Source of the DNA: Bdellovibrionales bacterium
Lineage (GTDB): Bacteria > Bdellovibrionota > Bdellovibrionia > Bdellovibrionales > Bdellovibrionaceae
DNA: 64,000 nucleotides
Reading direction: 5' to 3'
Assembly (NCBI GenBank): GCA_031370005.1
Contig: JANMPT010000021.1
Location: 101,043 to 165,042 of the forward strand
Shown here: positions 30,062 through 39,652 of the stretch, one piece after another
Numbering within the stretch: position 1 is the stretch's first letter
Layout: every line of letters begins with the position of its first letter
Program-made: the position numbers and the translations under genes
Notes under the pieces: model-generated
What the model saw: only the letters and a program-made list of their open reading frames with translations
The model's database searches: none
Told to the model about the DNA's origin: nothing

Positions 30062-31903
30062 TTAAACGTTCAGATCATTTTTGACCACAAAAAATGTTAT
30101 ATCATCGATAAGAGCCCCCCCCTGACGATGGTCCTGCATCATTTGCACAAGACGAGCTACTGACACATTTGCAGTAGGATAGTCCTTGTTCGCTGCAACA
30201 ATAGCTTTGATAAACTCACGCTCGCCCCAGCTCTCTTTAGCAATATTTTGAACATCTGGAATACCATCTGTATAAAAGAAAACCATATCTTCAGGCGCAA
30301 GATGAACCGTGGTTTGAATGTATTTTGTTTCTCGGCCCTGCCCTAGACGAGGGTTGTTCACTTCGTTCAGCGGGATCAAGTCTTTTTTCTTCAAAGGATC
30401 ACTACTTTTCTTAATAAGAAAAGGCGCTTCGTGAGATGCATTAGCATAGGTCAACTCAGCCGTATCTTGGTCATACGCCGCCAAGAAAAAAGTCATCATA
30501 ATGCGTCCCTTTGACACGTCATAAATTGAGCGATTTAATAGCTCGAGCGCTTGAGCTGGTGTAATATTCAATCGCTCGATAATTGTGGACGCTGATTTTG
30601 CCGCACTCGTGATCAAAGCCGCCGGAGCCCCATGCCCTGTGGCATCGCCAATCCATAAAAATATCTTGCGTCCCACCTGACAATAATGCCACCAATCACC
30701 GCCACACTCACTGGCGGGCTCATAGAAGCCTGCAATTGACAAGGAGCCGATCTTCGCTTCTGTTTCCGGAAATAAAGTCTCTTGCACTGTTTTAGCAGTT
30801 TGTAGTTCAGACTCCATTCGTGCTTTTTGAGCAGTTTCATCCAACAAACGAGAAACTTCTTCAGCCATCAAATTAAAGTTTTCAGCCAAAGCACCCACTT
30901 CATCTGAAGAAGTCACTTTTACACGAATATTAAAGTCCCCCTCTGAAACTTTTTTAGTAGCGTGAAATAATGCAGTCAATGCGCCCGTTAAGGAGCTTGA
31001 GGCCAGCAAACTAATAATTGCCGTTACAGCAAGAAGGATTCCAAAAAAGATAAGAGATTTTCGGATCAATATTTCAACTGCACCCAAAGCCTTCTTCTTT
31101 TCTACCGTTGATACGACCATCAAGTCACCGAAACCAGCACGGGAATACGAGACAAGCCAATCCACACTCTGCGAGTCTCTTACGGTCTCTGCCCCCTGCG
31201 CCACTTTAGTGTCTTTTCTCTCTAAAAACCTTAGTGGAAAACTCGCTTGTATTTGAGCGCCGGCTGTACCTTCAGGCCCAAATAAAATAGTGCCATCTTG
31301 TGAAATTAAGTAAAGTCTTTGTGAGGACTGAGCTCGAAACATCTCAGCTACTTCCGAAAGACGTGCGATCAATAGAAAAACCGTTGTCTGTCCCTCTTTT
31401 TCACCCTTTACTTTCTCAAATATAAACAACCGATCATCATGATAAGGCGACTTCACGATGCGCCCCGTCTGTTCTAGCTCAGCAAAGTACTGAGGCAGAG
31501 TCTTTTCTAAACCTAACAAGATTCCATCAACTGATCTTGCTGTCTTTTCTACAAAAGCAGCTTTCTCAAACTTCTTTGCGTTCAAATTAAATCGAAACGC
31601 GACCACGGCCTCTAGACTAAAGTCATTGGTAAAAATAAGATTTGTCTGAGCTGTGAACTCATTATTTGTTAAAAAATCTTGAAAAATCGGTTTTGTTTCA
31701 TTTAAAAGCGAATTCAATTGTGCTTTTATTTGTGAAGCCATGGCTCCAGAAACGTTGCTGGAAGAGTCAAAGACGTAGGCCACCTTATCACTTTCAAAAA
31801 TTTGAATAGCTAGAAACAGATAAATGGACAGCGTTAATAATGGAATTATCGTTAAGAGCAGTAAAATTTTATATCTTATTGATATGCCCGACTTTTTCAC
31901 CAT
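30062..31903 (-). CDS. Membrane Cache/HAMP SpoIIE (PP2C) phosphatase
   Basis: Two TMs; HAMP DEVGALAENFNLM; GGDWW, GDATGHG, YTDG and DDIT motifs. Confidence 0.92.
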   Translation of the reverse strand: MVKKSGISIRYKILLLLTIIPLLTLSIYLFLAIQIFESDKVAYVFDSSSNVSGAMASQIKAQLNSLLNETKPIFQDFLTNNEFTAQTNLIFTNDFSLEAVVAFRFNLNAKKFEKAAFVEKTARSVDGILLGLEKTLPQYFAELEQTGRIVKSPYHDDRLFIFEKVKGEKEGQTTVFLLIARLSEVAEMFRAQSSQRLYLISQDGTILFGPEGTAGAQIQASFPLRFLERKDTKVAQGAETVRDSQSVDWLVSYSRAGFGDLMVVSTVEKKKALGAVEILIRKSLIFFGILLAVTAIISLLASSSLTGALTALFHATKKVSEGDFNIRVKVTSSDEVGALAENFNLMAEEVSRLLDETAQKARMESELQTAKTVQETLFPETEAKIGSLSIAGFYEPASECGGDWWHYCQVGRKIFLWIGDATGHGAPAALITSAAKSASTIIERLNITPAQALELLNRSIYDVSKGRIMMTFFLAAYDQDTAELTYANASHEAPFLIKKSSDPLKKKDLIPLNEVNNPRLGQGRETKYIQTTVHLAPEDMVFFYTDGIPDVQNIAKESWGEREFIKAIVAANKDYPTANVSVARLVQMMQDHRQGGALIDDITFFVVKNDLNV

Positions 31904-32004
31904 TTGTAGTGTGCCTTAGCATTTGCCCACTGTGTAGGTCTAGGTTTTAGATCTTAGCCGTTGGTCCATAAATTTCTTTCCGCAAATAGCCGAAATGACT
32001 ATTG

Positions 32005-34146
32005 ATGAGTGTATTTAACAGGTTTTCAACAACGGATAGAATGATCTTAGGCGGATCCACAGCAATCCTCTTGTTGCTATCCTATTTACTGTATGATGAC
32101 TCACTCCTTTTTCCTTCTGAGTTTCATGATCAACCGCCCATCGGTATAATCTCTTCTTCTGACAAAGATGTGCGCAGAAAGAATACCAACAATTTTATTT
32201 GGCTTCCAGGGAATAAAAAAGATCAAATCTATAATCAAGATAGCATCTTCACTGGAGACGGCTCTCAAGCAGCCATTCAGTTAAATGATGGATCCTTAAT
32301 CCAAATTCAAGAAAACTCTCTGGTGAATTTGAATCTAAAAAATGGTCAGATGCAACTTGATTTGCGATTTGGCCAGTTCGTCGGAAATGGCAATTCCCCT
32401 CTTCACATTAAGACTGGCAATGATGAATACACAATCCAGGGAAAAGATGCGAAATTTGAAATCAATCGCTCACATTCAGGAGCCTTGGACGTTAAGCTTC
32501 TTTCTGGAAATGCAGAAATCAGCGGTAAATCTGGTAAACAACATTTAAAATCCAATGAATCACTCCAAATTTCAAAAAAAGGTGCTGAGAAAAATCTCAT
32601 CGAAGCAAAGATCCGTCTTTTGACGCAAAATAATATCTATCAATATCGAAGTGCCGACAAAGAGCCGATCTCTTTTGAGTGGGATGGCCGAGGTCCTCTG
32701 GCTCAATACCAAATTGAAATTGCAAAATCAGAGGATTTCAAAAAGATTCTTTCTCTGCGCTTAACTGCTGAACGAAAAATCGCCATAACAGATTCTCTCA
32801 AAGAAGGTTTCTATTTCTGGCATGTGAAAGGTTTAGACAGTCGTCAGAAAACTTTAACAACCTCAGTAAAACATAAATTCTATCTGAGCTACATGACTGC
32901 GCCGATAGTTACAACACCGGAAGATCAAGGCACTGTTAAAACCAAAGCTCTAAATACTTCTGATGGACTTCAAAACTCCACTCAAATTTCTTGGGAATCT
33001 GACACTCGTCCAGTAAGATTCCAATGGCAGCTTGGAAAAACAGCGGAGTTCACAGAAATTATCAGTGAAAAAAGTCTAAACGAAAAAACTGTAACAACCC
33101 CCAGCTTGCGACAGGGAACCTATTTTACTCGCGTCCGTGGTATTGACAAGGACAAGCATCCATCTCAATGGTCGAAAGTACACGCCTTTAACCTTGAAAT
33201 TCAATCAGAAGCTAAGCCTCCGGCTCCTCGCCTAGCAGAAAAGCACATTCGATTTCAAGCACCAAAGCTCGAAGGCAGGGCTCCGACAGCGGCGTCCTCG
33301 CCACAAATGGCTTGGTCCACAGTGAGTGCGGCAAAAACATATCATTGGGAGATTGCTAAGAATGTTCGCTTTACCGGCGCTCAGACGAACGACACCTCAA
33401 GCACTCAGGTCGCATGGACACAATATAAACCTGGAAAGTACTATTTCCGCGTATTTGCACGCACAGAGCTTGGGCAAAGTAGTGATGCTAGTGAGACTGG
33501 AGTCCTTGAGGTCTACGGAGATGCTCCGATCCTAAATCCTATCCCCTCAATACTTGTCAAAGATACAAATATTAACGCCGTGGCAACTCCAAAAAACGTC
33601 CGTGTGACCTGGTCTGCGATTCCAGATGCAAAATCTTACTTCGTCCAATTGGATAAAAGCGAAGACTTCTCAAGTCCAGATCAATTGGAAGTCAACACTA
33701 CAGAAAGTGCGGTAACACTTCCGCAGCCGGGAAAATACTTTGTTCGCGTAAAAGCTCTCAATGAATCTGCTGCGGACATGAGTGATTTCTCCAATATTCA
33801 AGATGCAAACTATATTTTCAGACGCACTTTGAAAGCTCCAGATTTGATAGAACCTTATGATAAAACCACGGTGTTCCTACAAAAAGACATGGAACCTCTT
33901 ATTTGGCTGGAATGGAGCTCCGTTCCTGAAACCTCAAAATATGCACTTGAGGTTTCAACGACACCCGACTTTTCTCGCTTAGTAATTTCTAAAACAACTA
34001 AGGATACCCGTTTCTTTATAAATGAAAAAATTCCTTATGGAAATATTTTCTGGCGAGTTAAAGCCATCGCTCAAGATGACGTTCTTAGCAGTGAGTGGTC
34101 ACCAAGACAGTTTATAATTTATCATCAAAGAAATGAGGGCTTCTAG
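32005..34146 (+). CDS. FecR-domain protein with tandem fibronectin-III-like repeats
   Basis: N-terminal TM; DSIFTGDGSQAAIQLNDGSLIQIQENS (FecR); repeated W..Y..I/L...DF and YFWRV/YFVRV FN3 motifs. Confidence 0.85.
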   Translation: MSVFNRFSTTDRMILGGSTAILLLLSYLLYDDSLLFPSEFHDQPPIGIISSSDKDVRRKNTNNFIWLPGNKKDQIYNQDSIFTGDGSQAAIQLNDGSLIQIQENSLVNLNLKNGQMQLDLRFGQFVGNGNSPLHIKTGNDEYTIQGKDAKFEINRSHSGALDVKLLSGNAEISGKSGKQHLKSNESLQISKKGAEKNLIEAKIRLLTQNNIYQYRSADKEPISFEWDGRGPLAQYQIEIAKSEDFKKILSLRLTAERKIAITDSLKEGFYFWHVKGLDSRQKTLTTSVKHKFYLSYMTAPIVTTPEDQGTVKTKALNTSDGLQNSTQISWESDTRPVRFQWQLGKTAEFTEIISEKSLNEKTVTTPSLRQGTYFTRVRGIDKDKHPSQWSKVHAFNLEIQSEAKPPAPRLAEKHIRFQAPKLEGRAPTAASSPQMAWSTVSAAKTYHWEIAKNVRFTGAQTNDTSSTQVAWTQYKPGKYYFRVFARTELGQSSDASETGVLEVYGDAPILNPIPSILVKDTNINAVATPKNVRVTWSAIPDAKSYFVQLDKSEDFSSPDQLEVNTTESAVTLPQPGKYFVRVKALNESAADMSDFSNIQDANYIFRRTLKAPDLIEPYDKTTVFLQKDMEPLIWLEWSSVPETSKYALEVSTTPDFSRLVISKTTKDTRFFINEKIPYGNIFWRVKAIAQDDVLSSEWSPRQFIIYHQRNEGF

Positions 34147-34147
34147 A

Positions 34148-36085
34148 ATGAAGACCCATTACTCACTCTTTGATACGCTCTTAGAACCCATTTTTATTCT
34201 CAATGTCGAAGGCAAGGTAGTTTATTGTAATGAACCCGCTGCTATCATCTGTGAATTTTCTGTTCGCAAAATCAGTCGCGGCATGCGTTTTAAAGATCTT
34301 TTTATTTTTAGTGATCTTATTGATGGCCTCGATGGCCTCGATAAGATCAAAGATCCAACACCTTATAAAGAAGTCAATTTTGAAACTCCAACTGGTGGTC
34401 AAAAAGGTAAAGTTCAGATAACAATTCAACCCATTCAAAATGAGCAGGATGAGCAACACTGGGTAATCTTCATGCGTGATGTGACGCTGGAAGAGCGTTT
34501 GCAAAAGAAATATCGCGCTGAATTAGAACAAAAAGAAGATGTAATTTTAGATTTAAAAAAAGCACAAGCAGAGCTTGAGCAATACTCAAAAAATCTAGAA
34601 AAAATGGTCGAGGAAAGAACTCGCCAAATCACAAAACTCAATCTGCAAATGAAAGCTCTTCTTGATAGCCTAAGCCAAGGTTTCTTTATCTTTAACGAGG
34701 TCGGTCACGTGCTTGATGTTTCCTCCAAAGCTTGCGAAAACACCATTGAAAGTCATCCGGCAGGTAAAAAAATATGGGATGTCTTGAAGTTGCGCGAAAA
34801 AAAAATCGATGGTTTCAAAAAATGGATGAGCACCCTCTTTTCTGAAATGCTCCCCTTTGAGGACTTAGCGCCCTTGGGGCCTGAGCTTTTTCCCCACAGC
34901 AAAGGGCGTCATATTTCCCTAGAGTACTTCCCGCTACGAGAAGAAGAAAATAAAATTAAAGGTATTGTTGTTGTTGCAACTGATATCACGTCTTTAGTAG
35001 AAGCTCGTAAACAGGCGGAAAATGAAAAACAGTATGCAAAACTTATCATTAATCTTATTCGCAGTAAAAATGAAATTGGTCGATTTATCCGCGAATCACA
35101 ACTCATACTGAATGAGCTCCGACAGATAATCAGTGTTTCGCAACCGCCATGGGATTCTGAAGCAATTTTTCGTTGCCTTCACACTCTCAAGGGTGGTGCC
35201 GGACTTTTCTCTGTACACAATATGTCAGAGACATGTCATTATGCTGAGACTCGGTTGACAGAATACAATGGGAACAAGACCCAAGCCAATGCGGACTTAC
35301 TCAAAAGCCAGTGCCAAGCTGTAGAGTTGCAATTTCATAAATTCCTATCGGAGACTAAAGATATTTTAGGTTCATCAATTCTGTCAAAGCAACGTTTGCT
35401 AGAAATTCCAGCTTCAGAAATTAATAACTTACTTGAGCAGCTAAGTGGCATTCCACAAGCAAAAATCATTGCAGAGAATACTTTTGGCTATCTGCTTTAT
35501 GAGCCTATCAAAAACTTCTTTGAACCATACAAAGAAGTCTCTTTCCGTTTAGCAGAGAAAGAAAATAAATCTCTTCGCAATGTGGAATTTAAAAATGATA
35601 TGATTCCGGTGGTGCCAGAAGTCTATGGCCCTCTCTTTGCTACTTTTATACATGCATTTAGAAACTCAATCGATCACGGAATCGAAACGCCAGAAATCCG
35701 TCACAAGCATGGCAAGCCTGAGGGCGGTGAAATATTAGTGAAGTTCGAACGACAAGACATCCCCGTGCCTACACTAAGAATTTCAGTCAGTGATGACGGT
35801 GGCGGTATCGATCCACAAAAAATACGCGCTCGACTTGCAAATATGGGAATTAAATCTGATCACGAATCTAATCACGAAGTCGTACAGCATATTTTTGACT
35901 CCCAATTTTCAACAAAAGAAAAAATAACCGAAACGTCGGGGCGCGGTGTCGGTATGGATGCAATTAGACATGAGGCATTAGCACTTGGCGGAAAGATTTG
36001 GGTCGAATCAAATCAAGGTAAGGGCAGTGTCTTGTATGTAGAGGTCCCCTATCTTACCAAGATCCCAGCTAAAAAAGCGGCATAG
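34148..36085 (+). CDS. PAS-PAS-Hpt-HATPase CheA-like histidine kinase
   Basis: PAS motifs; LHTLKG (Hpt); RNSIDHGIE, SDDGGGID and SGRGVGMD; no CheW domain. Confidence 0.9.
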   Translation: MKTHYSLFDTLLEPIFILNVEGKVVYCNEPAAIICEFSVRKISRGMRFKDLFIFSDLIDGLDGLDKIKDPTPYKEVNFETPTGGQKGKVQITIQPIQNEQDEQHWVIFMRDVTLEERLQKKYRAELEQKEDVILDLKKAQAELEQYSKNLEKMVEERTRQITKLNLQMKALLDSLSQGFFIFNEVGHVLDVSSKACENTIESHPAGKKIWDVLKLREKKIDGFKKWMSTLFSEMLPFEDLAPLGPELFPHSKGRHISLEYFPLREEENKIKGIVVVATDITSLVEARKQAENEKQYAKLIINLIRSKNEIGRFIRESQLILNELRQIISVSQPPWDSEAIFRCLHTLKGGAGLFSVHNMSETCHYAETRLTEYNGNKTQANADLLKSQCQAVELQFHKFLSETKDILGSSILSKQRLLEIPASEINNLLEQLSGIPQAKIIAENTFGYLLYEPIKNFFEPYKEVSFRLAEKENKSLRNVEFKNDMIPVVPEVYGPLFATFIHAFRNSIDHGIETPEIRHKHGKPEGGEILVKFERQDIPVPTLRISVSDDGGGIDPQKIRARLANMGIKSDHESNHEVVQHIFDSQFSTKEKITETSGRGVGMDAIRHEALALGGKIWVESNQGKGSVLYVEVPYLTKIPAKKAA

Positions 36086-36110
36086 AATTTTTCATATCTA
36101 TTTGCGTTAA

Positions 36111-36156
36111 ATGTTTACAAGTCTGTAAACATCTATTAGCTAACGTTAGCTAATAG
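36111..36156. promoter_or_regulatory. Two adjacent palindromic operator-like sites upstream of the XRE gene
   Basis: ATGTTTACA-AGTC-TGTAAACAT (36111-36132) and perfect 24-bp palindrome CTATTAGCTAACGTTAGCTAATAG (36133-36156). Confidence 0.7.
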
Positions 36157-36173
36157 TAGATGCAAAGGTGCTT

Positions 36174-36563
36174 ATGAGTCAGGATATCATCAATATCATT
36201 TCAGAAAGTTTCGCAAGTTTCTTAAGGCGAAGTCGTATTAACGCAAATAAAACTATGGGACAGCTTGCTAGGGAACTTGGTATTACTGTGGTTTACTACT
36301 CTGAAGTTGAAGCCGGGCGTAAGCCCGCTTTTCCCGATAAAAAGGTCGACTATGGGGTTTTAGCCTCTTCACTAAATACCACTGAAAATCAAATTAAAAA
36401 AATCGCTGGGATAGACCGCGAGAAAAGACAAATCCTTAAAGTATTTGATTGTGACCACGCCACTGCAGACTTAGCAGTGGCTTTTGGACGACGTCTTTCA
36501 AAAAATGATCTCTCAACAAAGCAGTTAGATAAAATTCGCAAAATTCTGAACGAGGGGGAGTAA
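36174..36563 (+). CDS. XRE-family HTH transcriptional regulator
   Basis: FASFLRRSR..TMGQLARELGITVVYYSEVEAGRK. Confidence 0.9.
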   Translation: MSQDIINIISESFASFLRRSRINANKTMGQLARELGITVVYYSEVEAGRKPAFPDKKVDYGVLASSLNTTENQIKKIAGIDREKRQILKVFDCDHATADLAVAFGRRLSKNDLSTKQLDKIRKILNEGE

Positions 36564-37141
36564 TGAACTTTGATTCCATTACTGTTCCGGTAGTAAAGGG
36601 GCTTTCCTGCACTCAAATTGAAAAGGAAGCCACAGACTTTTTGTTACTGCTCGCTCCAAAATGTCTACTCGCACCACAACCCACTCCTGTTCTTGATATC
36701 TTCGAAAATAAAATGGAACTTTTAGATTTCAACGTCCTCATTGGAGAAAATATCAAAGGCCTTGGTGGATTCACGGATGTCACCAATAAGTATATCGAGC
36801 TGCCAAACTCCACTTATAAAAAACTGGAAAAGGATGATCCACACGCTCGCTTCACCGCCGCTCATGAGTTTGGTCATGTTAAACTGCATAGTGCTTATCA
36901 AGGTCAGCTTCGTCCTGTGACATTTGCTCGGCGCTCACGTATTCGCGCCTTTGAGGACCCTGAGTGGCAAGCCAATAGCTTCTCTGCAGCCATCCTCATG
37001 CCTATACAAACTATGCGAATGCTCCATGAACAAGGAAAAATGACAGCAGCTCATGTTATGGAAATTTATAAAGTCTCATGGCCAGCAGCCAGCCGACGTA
37101 TCCTACGACTTAGCGAACTCCGATGGAAAAAATCACAATGA
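36563..37141 (+). CDS. ImmA/IrrE-family metallopeptidase
   Basis: ARFTAAHEFGH (HExxH), EWQANSFSAAILMP and YKVSWPAA; translationally coupled to the XRE gene. Confidence 0.92.
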   Translation: MNFDSITVPVVKGLSCTQIEKEATDFLLLLAPKCLLAPQPTPVLDIFENKMELLDFNVLIGENIKGLGGFTDVTNKYIELPNSTYKKLEKDDPHARFTAAHEFGHVKLHSAYQGQLRPVTFARRSRIRAFEDPEWQANSFSAAILMPIQTMRMLHEQGKMTAAHVMEIYKVSWPAASRRILRLSELRWKKSQ

Positions 37142-37425
37142 AAAAAACTAAGAAGAAAAATATTGGCCGGTATTTGGAAGCTGAAGACATGAGCTCAGCC
37201 CCAAAAAACAAAGCCCTGATAAGTCAATCTGAAAGTCAGCTTCTTCAGTTGCAAATTGAGCTCTCGGGATTGAGCGCTCTTTTTAAAAACATGGGCGACT
37301 GCGAATTTACCTCAGATGAACTCCATGGAATTGGCCTTTCACTAGAGGGAATTGCTGTACGAGTTTTAGCAAGCCTTTCAGGACTCTCTGGGGCACCAAC
37401 TCACGATTCAGATCTTAGGATTTAG
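37138..37425 (+). CDS. Small hypothetical protein
   Basis: ATGA overlap with the ImmA stop; helical ORF. Confidence 0.5.
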   Translation: MKKTKKKNIGRYLEAEDMSSAPKNKALISQSESQLLQLQIELSGLSALFKNMGDCEFTSDELHGIGLSLEGIAVRVLASLSGLSGAPTHDSDLRI

Positions 37426-37867
37426 GATTTGTGGGACGACCGGCTTTTTTTTTAAGACCAAGACTTTGCTCAATCTTATCCTTAGCCAACATGAGTTCCA
37501 AAGAAACAATAACTTCATCGACAGTGAAAACCTTCAAAACCTTTCGTAGGTTCTCATCTAGAACAGAGTATTTTTCTGAACCTGCAAAAACTTTTCGGAA
37601 CTTTGGGAGATGTTCTTGAATTTTCTCAGGATTGATCTTGAGGCCATAACAAATCAAAAGACCATGAGTAACTGCGCTACCCTTTCCATTGATGGCCGCT
37701 TGGTTTACCGTTGATAAAGATAAACCCGTTACTTGAGCAGCTCTTCGCATTTCTTCAACATTTGGCAAGTAGGACTTATGAAGCCCCACCAAAAAATCGC
37801 GGATCGAATTGTTCAATACTGTTTTTGCCAAGCAAATCCTTTCTATACGTTTCGTATAATTTAACAC
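37415..37867 (-). CDS. Hypothetical HTH-like protein
   Basis: MRRAAQVTGLSLSTVNQA is an HTH pattern; C-terminal KKKAGRP AT-hook-like tail. Start codon uncertain. Confidence 0.6.
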   Translation of the reverse strand: MLNYTKRIERICLAKTVLNNSIRDFLVGLHKSYLPNVEEMRRAAQVTGLSLSTVNQAAINGKGSAVTHGLLICYGLKINPEKIQEHLPKFRKVFAGSEKYSVLDENLRKVLKVFTVDEVIVSLELMLAKDKIEQSLGLKKKAGRPTNPKS

Positions 37868-37916
37868 AAAAATTCGCTTTTATATAACTATGTGAAATTA
37901 ATATATAATTCTTCCA

Positions 37917-37945
37917 TTGACTTACGTTACGTATAATATTATACT
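37917..37945 (+). promoter_or_regulatory. Sigma70-type promoter overlapped by a 14-bp palindrome
   Basis: TTGACT (37917-37922), 17-nt spacer, TATACT (37940-37945). Palindrome GTATAATATTATAC at 37931-37944. Confidence 0.65.
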
Positions 37946-37979
37946 CTTAGTGATTTATAAACTGCGGCAGGATAAGGCT

Positions 37980-38426
37980 ATGGAAGACAAGAAAATTAAA
38001 TCACCCCTCGGAGATATCCCGAATCCTTTCTCTGCTCCGGAAGGAGTCTTTACAAATATCGAAGAGGCTAAATTCGCTATCCGCGGGGTTCTTCGCGCGT
38101 ATTTTGGCAACATCACAGATGAGGAAGATGATTACCTTTTTTTTAAGGCTAGCACTGTGCGTTTTGAAGAAAATCCTTCTGTGGATCTTGAGCTCGATCA
38201 CCGTCGGCGAATTATTATTTTCATTGTAAAGTCCCCGACTGGGGCCGATATGGAGTCTTTGAAGCTACACATTCGCAATCAAATATCCATGCAGTTTGCA
38301 GTTCTAGCCTCTGATGCCCGCGGAAGAACTGCGATGTCGATATATCGTGCCTTGGACCCAAGAGCTCAGCAAGCTGTGATAGAATCTGAAAAACAGAAGG
38401 AAAAAAAAGATGTCCAACGTCGTTAG
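37980..38426 (+). CDS. Hypothetical protein
   Basis: ATG at 37980 with AAGG RBS, downstream of the promoter above. Confidence 0.65.
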   Translation: MEDKKIKSPLGDIPNPFSAPEGVFTNIEEAKFAIRGVLRAYFGNITDEEDDYLFFKASTVRFEENPSVDLELDHRRRIIIFIVKSPTGADMESLKLHIRNQISMQFAVLASDARGRTAMSIYRALDPRAQQAVIESEKQKEKKDVQRR

Positions 38427-38883
38427 TATTTCCTCATTTAATCCACAGTCATATTCCATCTGCCTACGTCAGCTCTATCGCAAACTAGATCGAACAAGCT
38501 TTAAATCTTCAGTGAGCCTAGAAGTGCGAAAGGATTTTTTCATAAAAACCCGAGGTGAATTTTTGTTAATTTCTAGGAAGAAAAAGAATATAGCAATTGA
38601 AGCATCCGCTCAATATTTAGGGGTCCATCTAGAACAGCTCGCGAACGTTGAAGCAGGAATGGAACCCATCAGCGGGCCTACATTCTTAACTCTTTGCGTT
38701 TACTATGAAACCCTCAACGACGCTTTTATACTAACTGATAAAATCGAAAATGCCTTAAATCCCAGACTCCGGGCGATCAGAGAAAAAAACATTAAAAATC
38801 CTAAACGGCTTAGCTTGCTTGATCCAATCCGACCACATGAGTATGGCACATTAGAGGTCAATAAGGGTGATTCAGTAGTTTAG
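38410..38883 (+). CDS. Degenerate XRE-like HTH protein
   Basis: SRKKKNIAIEASAQYLGVHLEQLANVEAG is an XRE-like HTH. Confidence 0.65.
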   Translation: MSNVVSISSFNPQSYSICLRQLYRKLDRTSFKSSVSLEVRKDFFIKTRGEFLLISRKKKNIAIEASAQYLGVHLEQLANVEAGMEPISGPTFLTLCVYYETLNDAFILTDKIENALNPRLRAIREKNIKNPKRLSLLDPIRPHEYGTLEVNKGDSVV

Positions 38884-38947
38884 AAGTTAAAGAAAAAAAG
38901 CGCAAACCTTGGCATATATTCTTGCGACAAGAGAATTTTATAGCCAA

Positions 38948-39652
38948 CTAGTTGGGGTGGACATAACGAACGTCCCCATCAAGATCTTTGAACTTATTAC
39001 CGCTTAAAATTTTTGGCGAAACCCGTCCTGATAATTCCATCAGATGCTTCGTATTTTCATCGTACCAAAGGTTCAAAGGGTCCACGAGTGCGGCAATTAA
39101 AAAGCTACTTGGCTTCATACGAAGCTGAATCCACTTTTGGGTTCCCTTTTGAACTTCACCCACTTTGAAAATCTTAAAACCGACAGTCTCAAGTCGAAAC
39201 CAAACTCCGAATCTTACTTCCATTCCTGAGCCATTAGTGATCTCATTCCAGTGATTGGCTACAAAAATATTAAAGTTTGCAGGTGTAAGCAGGGGTTTTC
39301 TTAGCCTCTCTTCCGAAGTTTTCTTTTTGCCGTCCTTCTCATAAACAAAAAGAATCTTATCACCTTGAACCTCGATGTGACCTTTTTCATGGGTTTGCAC
39401 TCGGTCTACATCAAATGAAATTAGCTCATCACCTCTAAAAACACCCTTTTCTTCAACAGCAAGCTCACCTTTCATATCCTTATAGACAGCGAGGGTTTTA
39501 GTTAGTCCCTCCGAAGTTTTAACATCAATGTCTAGATTATAGAGTTTTTTCCCAAAGTTCGTCTTTTGTTCAAAGACTTCCCCAACAATAGATTCCGCGA
39601 AAACCATCTGGTAAAAACCAAGAATAATAAAAAATAAGCTAAAAGTTCTCAC
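38948..39652 (-). CDS. Secreted beta-rich hypothetical protein
   Basis: GTG start overlapping the argS stop; signal peptide ending VFA. Confidence 0.75.
   Translation of the reverse strand: MRTFSLFFIILGFYQMVFAESIVGEVFEQKTNFGKKLYNLDIDVKTSEGLTKTLAVYKDMKGELAVEEKGVFRGDELISFDVDRVQTHEKGHIEVQGDKILFVYEKDGKKKTSEERLRKPLLTPANFNIFVANHWNEITNGSGMEVRFGVWFRLETVGFKIFKVGEVQKGTQKWIQLRMKPSSFLIAALVDPLNLWYDENTKHLMELSGRVSPKILSGNKFKDLDGDVRYVHPN

Noticed and set aside
34148..36085. Canonical chemotaxis cheA
   Set aside because: It lacks the CheW-like domain, and no che or MCP genes are adjacent.
36174..38883. Prophage, ICE or CBASS call for the XRE/ImmA island
   Set aside because: No integrase, structural, conjugation, cyclase or effector genes, and no flanking att repeats seen.
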